Source of the DNA: Ferrimonas sp. | Lineage (GTDB): Bacteria > Pseudomonadota > Gammaproteobacteria > Enterobacterales > Shewanellaceae | Direction of reading: 5' to 3' | Length of the DNA: 64,000 nt | Assembly: GCA_044433165.1 (NCBI GenBank) | Contig: JAWXTX010000001.1 | Coordinates: 8,685 to 72,684 of the forward strand | Notes under the pieces: generated by a model | Databases searched by the model: none | The model's input: only the letters and a program-made list of their open reading frames with translations | What the model was told of the DNA's origin: nothing | Shown: piece after piece, positions 17,494 through 27,422 of the stretch | Layout: each line of letters begins with the position of its first letter | How positions within the stretch are numbered: position 1 is the first letter of the stretch | Made by a program: the position numbers and the translations under genes

Positions 17494-18363
17494 ATGACAA
17501 TTAAACAGACAGTAATCGCAGCCGCTGTGGGCACACTATTAGTGGGTTGCAGTAATAGTGAAACCGTTTCTCCAGCAGCAACATTGGATCTGCAAGCCTT
17601 TGATGGTGCAGTGTGGGGGATGGCTGGTTCCTTTGATTGTGGTGGTCGAACCGGTGTCATTCCCGCTACCGATTACGATGGTTACAGCCAACTCAATGAT
17701 GCCATTGTGTTAGAAGACATCAGCGCTTGCAGCTTTACGTTTGGCCCGAGCGACAATGCCATTGATAGTTCAAATGGCAAAGACATGAGTGATGTGGTTT
17801 ATCGAGTACCCGCCGGAATGGCGACGAACGAGGCCGATAAGGTGACCGCATCGCCGTTTACCACACTGATCAGTGCATATGCCGAATTACCAGAAAATGG
17901 CGGTTACAGTGCGTCTTTGGCCAGCGAGGTTTTAACTGAGTTATTGCCGGAGAACTTTTTATCTGACTCGGGATTAACCGTAACGGCCCTCTTAACCGAT
18001 CTGGAAGGGGCGATTGCCAGTGCCTCAGCGAATTATCAAAGTGAACTGCTGGCGACAACCGTGGTGTTATCGGATGCGCTTAGTGCCAACCCTGCTGCCA
18101 CACCGGAACAATTGAGTAGCGCCACCAGTGCCATAACCGCCACCTTGCTTAATGCCTACCCAACTTACCCTGATGTGAACGATCAATATGTAATGATTGA
18201 TGTCAGCAGTTTATCTACCACGGTTATCAATGCACCCAGTAGCGCCATTACTTTGCCACAATTGATGGATGCCGTAGTGCCCGAACGGCCGGAAGATCCA
18301 ACCGAACCACCACCAACCGGTGGTGGCAGTGCAAGTGGTGGCTCTGGGGGCACAGGTGGTTAA
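17494..18363 (+). CDS. Hypothetical lipoprotein, S/T/A/L-rich with Pro-rich then Gly-rich C-terminal tail
   Basis: 289 aa with lipobox MTIKQTVIAAAVGTLLVGC|SNSE. I recognised no domain. The C-terminus reads PERPEDPTEPPPTGGGSASGGSGGTGG. Confidence 0.7.
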   Translation: MTIKQTVIAAAVGTLLVGCSNSETVSPAATLDLQAFDGAVWGMAGSFDCGGRTGVIPATDYDGYSQLNDAIVLEDISACSFTFGPSDNAIDSSNGKDMSDVVYRVPAGMATNEADKVTASPFTTLISAYAELPENGGYSASLASEVLTELLPENFLSDSGLTVTALLTDLEGAIASASANYQSELLATTVVLSDALSANPAATPEQLSSATSAITATLLNAYPTYPDVNDQYVMIDVSSLSTTVINAPSSAITLPQLMDAVVPERPEDPTEPPPTGGGSASGGSGGTGG

Positions 18364-18418
18364 ACGGATGAAAAAGCATGGCTAAAAATCGAGCGCATTG
18401 ATGGCCATTACCGTTATT

Positions 18419-18443
18419 AAAGGCACTAAATTAGTGCCTTTTT
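18419..18443 (+). terminator. Intrinsic terminator-like hairpin between the lipoprotein and yjbH-like genes
   Basis: aaaggcac-taaatta-gtgcc is followed by TTTTT. It ends only about 13 nt before the ATG at 18456. Confidence 0.55.
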
Positions 18444-18455
18444 CGATTTTTCAGG

Positions 18456-20564
18456 ATGCTCATGGAACAGAGACAAATCATACGCTGGCTCGGATTACTC
18501 GGGCTGTGTGCTATTGCGTCAGGACAGGCAGCCGCGACAACGGTGATCCCTAGTTTGCGTGTTTTGCCTTCACAGCAGGCATTTAGTGGTTTAGTGCTGA
18601 TCCCCAATGCTCAGGTCGCGGCTAAAGGACAATTTAGTTTTACCTTTGCTCAGGGGCTGCCCTTTGAGGAGCAAATCGCGGATGTGGACTCACTGCTTTT
18701 TAATATTGGCCTGTTGCCGGGGATGGAACTCAGCGGTCGAGTGGTCACCGAGGAGTACAGCAGCGATTGTTTTCGAGAAGATTGTGGTGACATACGAGAT
18801 TTATCTGGCTCATTTAAATATCAATTTCCGCAATGGTTTGGGCCCCAATGGAACCTCGCTATTGGCAGTCAAGATCTCGGTGGCGCAGCCAATAACTTTG
18901 CCACCTATTATGCGGTTGCCGATTACAGCCCAACGCCGTGGCCTGTGCGGATCAGTGCGGGGGTTGGCACGTCTGATTTAAGCTTTGGTGTTATGGATGG
19001 TGTGTTTGCTGGGGTGGAGTATCAGCCCTTTTCCTTTTTGCAATTAGCGCTCGAATACGACGGCGCTGGTAGTAATGGTGCCATCAAAGTGATGACGCCA
19101 CCCGATTGGTTACCCTATGGCGCTTCAGCCTCTGCAAGCCATCAGGTATTTAGCTCTCACCCAAGCGAACAGCCGATGTGGTTTGCTCAATTGCAGGTGC
19201 CTTTGTTGGGGCTGAGTCACAATCAACCTCAATCTCCCGTTTTAGCTTTAGAAGATAAGGTGGTGGCTCAACAGCGCTTTGCCTCAGTGGCGTCTTTATC
19301 GATGGCACTGACGGCCTTGGAGCAGGAAGGCTTCTTAAATCTTCGTTTGGGGCGTTGGTCTGAGCGGGTGGTGATAAGTTACGAAAACCGGCGTTATGAT
19401 CATGACCAATTAGATGGGCTAGGAGTCGCTTTGGGGATCTTATCGAGCTATCTAGGAACAGAGGCATTGGCGGAGCTGGGATTAACACCAGAGCAGGATA
19501 ACCTTCTGCTTGTACAGTTAATTAATGGGTTACCCATGATGGCTGTGGATACCTCAATTGATTGTTATCGAGGGTTTATTCGCGATGGTGCGCATTGCGG
19601 TCAACTGCAGTTTTACGACAGTTATTTAGGCGATATTTTAAAGCAAGTGCAGTGGCAGGGGCCGGTACGTGCTACGGGGCTTGGGCGCAGCCAAATTATT
19701 CTGCAACCTGGCGTGCGCTACGCCGTTGCCACTGAGTTTGGTGTATTGGACTACTCCTTTGCCTTTGCCCCTAATTGGTATCTACCACTCTGGGCTGGAG
19801 CCGCATTGGATCTGCGTTATTTAGTGCCGATATCAAACAGCGATGACTATCAAGAAGGCTATTGGGAAGCCGCGCAATTTAGCAGTGAACTTGATAGAGC
19901 CTTAGTTCATCAAGCATTTCGCTTTGGCGATAGAATAACGACTCAGTTTTCAGCAGGCCAAGTATTTGCGGATTACCGAGGGGTTTTGAACGACAGCCGC
20001 TGGAGTACGGCCAGTGGTCGCCACAGTATGGGCTGGGAATTAAGCTGGTTCGCACCTAAACAGCGTCAGAATGAACAAGGATTTCGTAATGACGACCGCA
20101 GTACTTTATTGGCTCGCTATCAATATTCTGCGCCAGATTGGCAGTGGCAATTGGGGATCACGGCGGGGCAATTTTGGCGTGGTGACAAAGGCGTTTCAGT
20201 GGTTTCGACTCACTGGCTTGGGGATGTAGCCATTGAAGCCACCTACCTTAACAGCAAGTTAGATGAAGCCGAGCGAGAGGAGTTTTTCACGTTAAGTGTG
20301 TCGTTACCGTTAACTTTTTGGCGTGATATGGCTCCAGGTTACATTCAGCTAAGGGGCACAGAACAGTTTACCCTTGGGTTGCAAACTCGTATTGGCGACT
20401 CGGATAATTTACTCAATGGCGGTTTGGGTGATGAGGTGAACTTACAACATCGGATCAGCCGCCAATATTACAACCGCAACCGTTACGGCAGCGATTATTA
20501 TTCCAGTCACATTCATAAAATGCGCCATGCGTACCTGCGTTATGTGGCCACGGTTTTACCGTAA
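18456..20564 (+). CDS. YjbH/GfcD-family outer-membrane protein (exopolysaccharide/capsule-associated family)
   Basis: 702 aa with a signal peptide. SQDLGGAANNFATYYAVA aligns with E. coli YjbH ARDIGGTGLFDAEYLVAS. FAGVEYQPFSFLQLALEYDG aligns with [21 protein letters not shown]. The length and the C-terminal region (..FFTLSVSLPLTFW..) are also similar. Confidence 0.8.
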   Translation: MLMEQRQIIRWLGLLGLCAIASGQAAATTVIPSLRVLPSQQAFSGLVLIPNAQVAAKGQFSFTFAQGLPFEEQIADVDSLLFNIGLLPGMELSGRVVTEEYSSDCFREDCGDIRDLSGSFKYQFPQWFGPQWNLAIGSQDLGGAANNFATYYAVADYSPTPWPVRISAGVGTSDLSFGVMDGVFAGVEYQPFSFLQLALEYDGAGSNGAIKVMTPPDWLPYGASASASHQVFSSHPSEQPMWFAQLQVPLLGLSHNQPQSPVLALEDKVVAQQRFASVASLSMALTALEQEGFLNLRLGRWSERVVISYENRRYDHDQLDGLGVALGILSSYLGTEALAELGLTPEQDNLLLVQLINGLPMMAVDTSIDCYRGFIRDGAHCGQLQFYDSYLGDILKQVQWQGPVRATGLGRSQIILQPGVRYAVATEFGVLDYSFAFAPNWYLPLWAGAALDLRYLVPISNSDDYQEGYWEAAQFSSELDRALVHQAFRFGDRITTQFSAGQVFADYRGVLNDSRWSTASGRHSMGWELSWFAPKQRQNEQGFRNDDRSTLLARYQYSAPDWQWQLGITAGQFWRGDKGVSVVSTHWLGDVAIEATYLNSKLDEAEREEFFTLSVSLPLTFWRDMAPGYIQLRGTEQFTLGLQTRIGDSDNLLNGGLGDEVNLQHRISRQYYNRNRYGSDYYSSHIHKMRHAYLRYVATVLP

Positions 20565-20586
20565 TCACGATGGGATTTTAGCGCCG

Positions 20587-22146
20587 TTATGGTGGCGAAG
20601 GTTTATTCGATTTAAATAACAGTAATAGTGGGATCAGTAGTATGTAACTCACCATAATAAAGCCAAAACTGTGCACAAACGCCAGCATGGAAGATTGCGC
20701 ACTCAGTAGGCTGTTAAGCGACTCCATAAAGCTGGGATCAGTAACCGTTGTACCTTGCAGATGCGCTTGTTGCTGCAACAAAATATTGTTTGGTGAGAGT
20801 GCACCGCCCAGTTGTTGCCAGCCTTGCTGTTCTTGACGGCTAAAGTAGGTGTTCACGATAGAGATCCCAAAAGAGCCGCCAATGGTGCGAAAAAGATTAA
20901 AGACCACCGCTCCTGCCACCGCATCTTTGGGCGCCAGAGTTTGATAAGCCAATTGGCTTAATGGGGCGAACACCAACCCCATACCTGCCCCTTGAACGAG
21001 GCTTGGCATAATGAGCCAATACTCATCCATCTCAAGAGTGTATTGGGTCATAAAATAGCTAGCTAAGGCATTGAGACATAGGCCAACTAGAATCACCATG
21101 CGGCTGTCTAGTCGGTCCATAAACTGCGCCATCACCAATAATACGGAAGCCGCCATTAATCCCCTTGGTCCCATAATAAACCCCGTGGTTTCTACTGGGT
21201 AATTTAAGAGATCTTCCATGAGCATCGGCTGCAATTGCGTGATCCCAAATAGCCCCATCATAAAGATGGCCATCATGAGGCAAGAAACCCAAAGATTGCG
21301 ATCTGTTAGGAGCCACATAGGGGCAATGTCGCCTTTGGTTTTAAAGGAGCGCACGATAAAAAAGAGCAAGGCTAAGGCGGAGATAATGCTGGCAAACAGA
21401 ATTCGGTTATCGCTAAACCAGCCATCTTGATTGCCCTGATCAAGCACCATTTGCAGCAGGCCAATACCAATGGCCATGGCAATCACTAATGGCCAATCAA
21501 TGCGTGTTAGGCCGCGGCCATCTAGTTTGACAAAAGAGGCAATCATGACTAAGCACAGCAGCCCAACCGGTAGATTGACATAAAATATCCAGCGCCAATC
21601 AAAATGCTCGGTGATGACGCCCCCAATCGAAGGCCCTAAAATCGGCCCCAGCAATACGCCGACACTGAATAACGCCATGGCTTTCCCGCGTTCTTCTGGC
21701 GGGAAAACCTGCACCATAACCGATTGCGACAGCGGGATCACCGATGCACCAAAGGCGCCTTGAAAGATACGGAAGAACACCATTTCAGCCATGCTATCGG
21801 CTTGGCCACAGAGCGCTGAAAAAATCACAAAGCCGCTGACCGATATCATCATTAATTTTCGCACCCCAAACCGCAGCGACAAATAACTGGCCAGTGGAAT
21901 GCAGATGGCTTCTGCCATTGAGTAGGAGGTCAGTACCCACGTGATTTGATCGGAGGTGACGCCTAGCGCACCCATCATATGTGGCAGCGCCACATTGGCA
22001 ATGGTGAGATCGATAAGCACCATAATGGCGGAAAGCATTACTGCAATAATCACCAACAGGCGCTGAATGCCTTCTAAAGGCTTTGGTATTGTTGAAGGCT
22101 GTGTGCTGTCGATAGCGCTTGTTATGGTCTCGCTGGGTTGAGTCAT
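20587..22146 (-). CDS. DHA2-family MFS multidrug efflux permease (EmrB/VceB-like, 14 TMS)
   Basis: 519 aa with LDLTIANVALPHM, a motif-A-like SLRFGVRKLMMIS, and a 14-TMS layout. It lies downstream of a membrane-fusion protein gene. Confidence 0.9.
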   Translation of the reverse strand: MTQPSETITSAIDSTQPSTIPKPLEGIQRLLVIIAVMLSAIMVLIDLTIANVALPHMMGALGVTSDQITWVLTSYSMAEAICIPLASYLSLRFGVRKLMMISVSGFVIFSALCGQADSMAEMVFFRIFQGAFGASVIPLSQSVMVQVFPPEERGKAMALFSVGVLLGPILGPSIGGVITEHFDWRWIFYVNLPVGLLCLVMIASFVKLDGRGLTRIDWPLVIAMAIGIGLLQMVLDQGNQDGWFSDNRILFASIISALALLFFIVRSFKTKGDIAPMWLLTDRNLWVSCLMMAIFMMGLFGITQLQPMLMEDLLNYPVETTGFIMGPRGLMAASVLLVMAQFMDRLDSRMVILVGLCLNALASYFMTQYTLEMDEYWLIMPSLVQGAGMGLVFAPLSQLAYQTLAPKDAVAGAVVFNLFRTIGGSFGISIVNTYFSRQEQQGWQQLGGALSPNNILLQQQAHLQGTTVTDPSFMESLNSLLSAQSSMLAFVHSFGFIMVSYILLIPLLLLFKSNKPSPP

Positions 22147-22181
22147 GGTGCATTCCCACCTAGAGCGAATGGATGCGCGAA

Positions 22182-23210
22182 TTAAGGACCATTAATGGCA
22201 TCGATGGTTACGGTTGCGCTGGCACCGATCCGCAGTGGCGGTTGATCGGATGTGGGGGTAATGGCAATACGTACGGGAAAGCGCTGAGAAATTTTTACCC
22301 AGTTACCGGTGGCATTTTCACTGGGTAGCAATGAAAAGGCGGCACCGCTAGCAGGTGATATGGCGCTGACTTGGCCGGTAAACTGGACCTTGGGGTACAT
22401 ATCGAGAACGACGGTTGCTTTCATACCCGGTTGCAGTGCACCTACAACGCTTTCTTTGTAATTAGCAGCCACCCAAAAAGTATCACTTTCTACCAATGGC
22501 ACCATGGCGGTACCGGGGCTAACAATGCTGCCTGGGCGTACGCCTATCTCCCCTAAATAACCATCTCGTGGGGCACTGATTTGGGTATAAGAGAGATTGA
22601 GTGAAGCTTGGCTTAAGACTGCCGCCGCTTGTTTTACCGCTGGGGCCTCTGAGCCTTTAGCACCTTGGGCTTTGATTTGTTGTTGCAACAAGGCACGGGC
22701 GCGATCCACCGCTGCTTGTGCCGATTGCAAACGGGCTTTTAGCTCATCAACGCGTTGGACAGAGATGGCGCCTTGCTTCACCAAGTTTTGACCGCGTCGA
22801 TAATCGCTTTGTGCATCGGTTAATTCGGCCATGCTGCTGTTTATTTGGGCGCTGGCGGCCACAATGGCGTCGTCGGAGGCTTGGTTTTGTTGAAGGGCTT
22901 GTTGGTAGCGTGCATTGGCTTGGTCATAAGCGGTTTGGTAGTTGGCGGGATCTAACTCAAATAACAGCTCGCCGGCGCTGACTTGTTGAAAATCTTTGAC
23001 ATTAACATGTTGAACTGCCGCGTTGATTTGGGGCGCGATGTACACCACATTGGCTTCAACGTAGGCGTCTTGAGTGCTGGGGTAGTGAGCTTGATGCTGA
23101 GTGTATAGGTAGCCGGCTGCCACTAAAATGGCCACCACAATAAGCAGCAATAACAGATTGCGCAGCCGATGAGAGGCTGGTGCCGGTGGTGCCGCAGACG
23201 CATCAGCCAT
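22182..23210 (-). CDS. HlyD-family membrane fusion protein (EmrA/VceA-like)
   Basis: 342 aa with an N-terminal TM anchor, a coiled-coil hairpin (Q/A-rich) and beta-barrel/lipoyl segments typical of EmrA. Confidence 0.9.
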   Translation of the reverse strand: MADASAAPPAPASHRLRNLLLLLIVVAILVAAGYLYTQHQAHYPSTQDAYVEANVVYIAPQINAAVQHVNVKDFQQVSAGELLFELDPANYQTAYDQANARYQQALQQNQASDDAIVAASAQINSSMAELTDAQSDYRRGQNLVKQGAISVQRVDELKARLQSAQAAVDRARALLQQQIKAQGAKGSEAPAVKQAAAVLSQASLNLSYTQISAPRDGYLGEIGVRPGSIVSPGTAMVPLVESDTFWVAANYKESVVGALQPGMKATVVLDMYPKVQFTGQVSAISPASGAAFSLLPSENATGNWVKISQRFPVRIAITPTSDQPPLRIGASATVTIDAINGP

Positions 23211-23257
23211 AAACGCTACCTTAATTTAAGTGGATAACACTACAATTTAAAATAGTA

Positions 23258-23291
23258 GAAAACCCCAGAAAATGGAGACTTTCTGGGGTTT
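23258..23291 (-). terminator. Rho-independent terminator after dxs
   Basis: ccccagaaa-atggagac-tttctgggg has a U-run on the minus strand. Confidence 0.65.
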
Positions 23292-23306
23292 CGTTGGGCG
23301 TTAAGG

Positions 23307-25181
23307 TTAGCCTTCGTAGCGGAAATAGCGCTTAATTTGATTTGCTATGCCAGGGCCATCCAGCTCTAAGAGTTGATGCAGTTCGGCTTGGGTGCCTTGT
23401 TCAATAAAGCGATCCGGCAGCCCCAGCTGTAAGACGGAGCGAGCCAGCCCTAACTCCATCATGGCTTCGAGTACAGCACTGCCGGCACCGCCCATAATGG
23501 CGTTTTCTTCTAAGGTCACCAGTTGGCTGTGGCTGTTTGCAATTTGTGCCACCATTTCAATGTCTAATGGTTTGACAAAGCGCATATTGATAACGGTTGC
23601 ATCGAGCCGCTCTGCGGCATCTAATGCGGCACTTAACATGGTACCAAAGCTGAAAATCGCAATGCCGCTGAAACCGTGACGGCGGATCTCCGCTTTACCG
23701 ATAGGTAAGGCAGCCATCTCCGCGACAATAGGCGTGCCCATGCCTTGTCCGCGAGGATAACGCACCGCTGCCGGCGAGCCTAAGGTATGGCCGGTATAGA
23801 GCATTTGGCGACATTCGTTTTCATCCGCCGGTACCATGATGGTGAGATTGGGTATGCAACGCATAAAAGACAGATCAAACGCGCCTTGGTGGGTCTGGCC
23901 ATCAGCGCCTACCAGCCCACCACGATCGATGGCAAACAGCACTGGCAGATCCATGATGGCCACATCGTGGATCAGTTGGTCGTAGCCGCGTTGCAAAAAG
24001 GTGGAGTAAATCGCCACCACCGGATTTAAGCCTTCACAAGCAAAGCCGGTAGCGAGGGTAACGGCGTGCTGCTCCGCAATGGCGGCATCAAAGTACTGTT
24101 CTGGGTAGCGTTGCGAGAACTCCACCATGCCCGATCCTTCTCGCATCGCAGGGGTAATTGCCATTAGCGTTGGATCTTGTGCGGCCATGTCACACAACCA
24201 GTCACCAAAAACTTTCGAAAAGGTGGGTTTGCCCGGTTGTGATTGCGGCAATTTAAGTCGCTCTGGATTGAACTTAGGAACCGCGTGGTAAGCGATGGGA
24301 TCTTGCTCCGCTGGGGCGTAGCCTTTGCCCTTTTTGGTCATCACATGCAGGATCTGTGGGCCTTTTAGGTTGCGCATGTTACGCAGCGTGGACACCAGCC
24401 CTTCAATATTATGGCCATCAATGGGGCCAATATAATTAAAGCCCAGTTCTTCAAACAAAGTACCGGGTACCACCATGCCTTTTAGGTGCTCTTCAGCACG
24501 GCGTGCCAACTCTTTGATGGGTGGCATGTGGGCCAATACTTTTTTGCTGCCTTCGCGGATAGTGGTGTACAAGCTGCCCGACATTAAACGCGCCATGTGG
24601 TTATTCAGCGCGCCAACGTTTTCTGAAATGGACATCTCATTATCGTTGATGATCACCAGCATATCTTTATGGATATCGCCTGCGTGATTCATGGCTTCAA
24701 AGGCCATACCGCCGGTAATGGCGCCATCGCCAATTACGGCAACAACTTTACGCCCTAAGCCTTCCTTATCGGCAGCAATGGCCATGCCAAGCGCGGCGCT
24801 AATGGAGGTCGAAGAGTGGCCAACGGTTAAGGTGTCGTATTCACTTTCAGCGCGCCATGGGAATGGGTGCAACCCATCTTTTTTACGGATGGTGTGCATG
24901 CGCTCGGCGCGGCCAGTTAATATTTTATGCGGATACGCTTGGTGGCCGACATCCCAAATTAAGCGGTCAAACGGGGTGTTGTAGACATAATGGAGCGCGA
25001 CTGTCAGCTCAACAGTGCCCAGCCCTGAAGCAAAATGCCCAGACGACTGGCTCACGGAGTGCAGCAAAAATTGCCGTACTTCATCCGCTAACGGGCTGAG
25101 TTGATCCAGCGGGAGTTGGCGCATTTGATCTGGCGTTAACGCCTGCGACAACAAGGGAAAATCGGACAAGGTGGTGCTCAT
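23307..25181 (-). CDS. dxs: 1-deoxy-D-xylulose-5-phosphate synthase
   Basis: 624 aa with [20 protein letters not shown] and [18 protein letters not shown] (TPP motif). It has full-length resemblance to Dxs and dxs-ispA-xseB synteny. Confidence 0.97.
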   Translation of the reverse strand: MSTTLSDFPLLSQALTPDQMRQLPLDQLSPLADEVRQFLLHSVSQSSGHFASGLGTVELTVALHYVYNTPFDRLIWDVGHQAYPHKILTGRAERMHTIRKKDGLHPFPWRAESEYDTLTVGHSSTSISAALGMAIAADKEGLGRKVVAVIGDGAITGGMAFEAMNHAGDIHKDMLVIINDNEMSISENVGALNNHMARLMSGSLYTTIREGSKKVLAHMPPIKELARRAEEHLKGMVVPGTLFEELGFNYIGPIDGHNIEGLVSTLRNMRNLKGPQILHVMTKKGKGYAPAEQDPIAYHAVPKFNPERLKLPQSQPGKPTFSKVFGDWLCDMAAQDPTLMAITPAMREGSGMVEFSQRYPEQYFDAAIAEQHAVTLATGFACEGLNPVVAIYSTFLQRGYDQLIHDVAIMDLPVLFAIDRGGLVGADGQTHQGAFDLSFMRCIPNLTIMVPADENECRQMLYTGHTLGSPAAVRYPRGQGMGTPIVAEMAALPIGKAEIRRHGFSGIAIFSFGTMLSAALDAAERLDATVINMRFVKPLDIEMVAQIANSHSQLVTLEENAIMGGAGSAVLEAMMELGLARSVLQLGLPDRFIEQGTQAELHQLLELDGPGIANQIKRYFRYEG

Positions 25182-25209
25182 GACAATAGGATTTACCTAT
25201 GTGAATTTG

Positions 25210-26097
25210 TTATTGGTTGCGCTCGATAATGTAACGGGCGAACTGTTCTAAATGGTCGCTATTGTATGGCAACAGCGCCAGAGATGTTAGTGCTTGCTGA
25301 TAGAGAGATTGAGCCACATCGCGCGCGCCATCAAGCCCAAGTAACGCCGGATAAGTGCTCTTGTTGGCGGCTTGATCGGAGCCTTGCGGCTTGCCCAGTT
25401 GTTCGGTGGCACCTGTGACATCCAGCACATCGTCATGGACTTGGAAAGCCAAGCCAATATTATCAGCAAAAGACAGCAAATTGGTGGCACTTTCTTCGGC
25501 GCAGGGAGGAGCGGCCAAGATCCCCAATTGGACACTCGCGCGGATCAGCGCACCGGTTTTTAACTGATGTAATTGGGTTAACTTAGTCAAGGGGATTGCG
25601 CAATTAGTGCTTGCTAAATCAATGGCTTGACCACCGCACATGCCTTGGTAGCCCGAAGCACGCGCCAGCACTTGAATCATCTTAATTCGGTTGGCTTCTG
25701 CATAAGCTGGGAGTGGGCACTGCGCTATGATTTCAAACGCGAGCGTTTGTAGGGCATCGCCCGCCAAAATGGCGGTTGCTTCATCAAAGGCGATGTGAAC
25801 CGTGGGCTGGCCACGGCGCAGTTCGTCATTATCCATGGCGGGTAGGTCGTCATGAATTAAGGAATAAGCATGGATGCATTCAATGGCGGCGGCCAACGCA
25901 TCGAGATGGGTTTCTTCTGCATTGAGCATCGTGCCAGTGGCGTACAACAAGAAGGGACGTACGCGCTTGCCCCCTAATAAAACCCCATAACGCATCGCTT
26001 CAAGCAAGTGAGGATCGGTGACGTCGAGGCCATCAAGCTGGGTGGTGAGTTGCTGGTTCACCCGCTGTTGATAATGATGGATCGTATCTTGCAGCAT
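25210..26097 (-). CDS. ispA: (2E,6E)-farnesyl diphosphate synthase
   Basis: 295 aa with FARM LIHDDLPAMDNDELRRG and SARM FQVHDDVLD. Confidence 0.95.
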   Translation of the reverse strand: MLQDTIHHYQQRVNQQLTTQLDGLDVTDPHLLEAMRYGVLLGGKRVRPFLLYATGTMLNAEETHLDALAAAIECIHAYSLIHDDLPAMDNDELRRGQPTVHIAFDEATAILAGDALQTLAFEIIAQCPLPAYAEANRIKMIQVLARASGYQGMCGGQAIDLASTNCAIPLTKLTQLHQLKTGALIRASVQLGILAAPPCAEESATNLLSFADNIGLAFQVHDDVLDVTGATEQLGKPQGSDQAANKSTYPALLGLDGARDVAQSLYQQALTSLALLPYNSDHLEQFARYIIERNQ

Positions 26098-26100
26098 TTA

Positions 26101-26355
26101 TTATGCCTCAGGCTCGAAAGGGGTCAATGTTGCCGCTGAGTCGGCTTGACCTGTGAGCATGGCCACTTGTTGCTCGGCGTTTTGCAGCTTAGTCTGGCTG
26201 GCGCGAACCAGCGCGATGCCGCGCTCAAATTGTTGCAGAGCTTGCTCTAAAGGCACGTCTCCTTGCTCAAGTTGCTGGACAATTTGTTCTAGCTCCGCCA
26301 ATGAGGCTTCAAAGCTGAGATTATCGGGTTTTTTAGCCACCGCGCGCGCTCCCAT
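26101..26355 (-). CDS. xseB: Exodeoxyribonuclease VII small subunit
   Basis: 84 aa with [38 protein letters not shown] matching XseB. Confidence 0.9.
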   Translation of the reverse strand: MGARAVAKKPDNLSFEASLAELEQIVQQLEQGDVPLEQALQQFERGIALVRASQTKLQNAEQQVAMLTGQADSAATLTPFEPEA

Positions 26356-26554
26356 CAGGTTAGTCGGGCAACATTACTGTTTTGCCTGAGCATATTCAAA
26401 TGTTGGTTGGTATAGGTGATCTTGGTCGTGCGTTTTTTCAGCATTACAAGGTAGTATGACGGTGATTTTTGGTTATTTGAACGTTTTAGGTGGTATTTAA
26501 CAAATCATTTACCAGATTGGCGCAAGTGACGTGTTTTTAAATCACAAATTAGTG

Positions 26555-26582
26555 CTCAAGGTTATGGCTTTTTAACCGATAA
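26555..26582 (+). promoter_or_regulatory. Candidate sigma28 (FliA) promoter for pomAB
   Basis: CTCAAG-N14-ACCGATAA compared with the consensus (C)TAAAG-N14/15-GCCGATAA. It lies about 70 nt upstream of the pomA start. Confidence 0.55.
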
Positions 26583-26652
26583 CGACCGTAGCAGATTTTA
26601 TTTTTGGACAGCATCAATTGCTGCTCATTTAAGTGTGGAGTTAGGAGTAACA

Positions 26653-27417
26653 GTGGATCTAGCAACCTTAATTGGGTTATTGGGCGCGTTTGCGTTCGTA
26701 ATTATGGCAATGGTGCAAAGTGGCGATGCGGGGATCTTCGTCAATATGCCCAGTTTGTTTATTGTGGTCGGTGGCTCTTTGTTTGTGGTGATGATGAAAT
26801 TCAATCTCAAACAATTTTTCGGCTCAGTAAAAGTGGCTGGTAAAGCCTTTATGTTCAAAATTGATAAGCCAGATGCATTGATTGAACAATCGGTTTCTAT
26901 GGCCGATGCCGCTCGTAAAGGCGGTTTCTTGGCGCTGGAATCGGTTGAAATTAATAACAGCTTTATGAAAAAAGCGGTCGATCTGCTGGTGGATGGGCAC
27001 GATGCCAGAGTGGTGCGTCAGGTGCTTTCTAAGGATATCTCCTTAACCATGGATCGCCACAATATTGGGATTGATCTCTTTAAAAAAATGGCCGATATCG
27101 CCCCCGCAATGGGCATGATTGGTACCTTGATTGGTCTGGTTGCGATGTTGAATAACATGGAAGATCCGAAAACCATTGGCCCTGCCATGGCGGTGGCCTT
27201 GTTAACAACACTTTATGGCGCGGTCATGGCGAACATGATTGCCATGCCAATTGCCGATAAGCTGGAACTTCGCATGAACGAAGAGGTACTCAACCGTTCG
27301 CTTATTATGGATGCTGTGTTGGCCATTCAAGAGGGGCAAAACCCACGGGTTATTGAAGGTTTCTTGAAGAACTATTTACAAGAAAAGATCCGCACCATTG
27401 ACGCCTTAAAAGAGTAA
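26653..27417 (+). CDS. pomA: Flagellar stator protein PomA (MotA family, sodium-type)
   Basis: GTG start at 26653 (RBS aggag) gives VDLATLIGLLGAFAFVIMAMV..., colinear with Vibrio PomA (MDLATLLGLIGGFAFVIMAMV...). It also contains PAMGMIGTLIGLVAM and AVALLTTLYGA. Confidence 0.9.
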   Translation: MDLATLIGLLGAFAFVIMAMVQSGDAGIFVNMPSLFIVVGGSLFVVMMKFNLKQFFGSVKVAGKAFMFKIDKPDALIEQSVSMADAARKGGFLALESVEINNSFMKKAVDLLVDGHDARVVRQVLSKDISLTMDRHNIGIDLFKKMADIAPAMGMIGTLIGLVAMLNNMEDPKTIGPAMAVALLTTLYGAVMANMIAMPIADKLELRMNEEVLNRSLIMDAVLAIQEGQNPRVIEGFLKNYLQEKIRTIDALKE

Positions 27418-27422
27418 CAACG

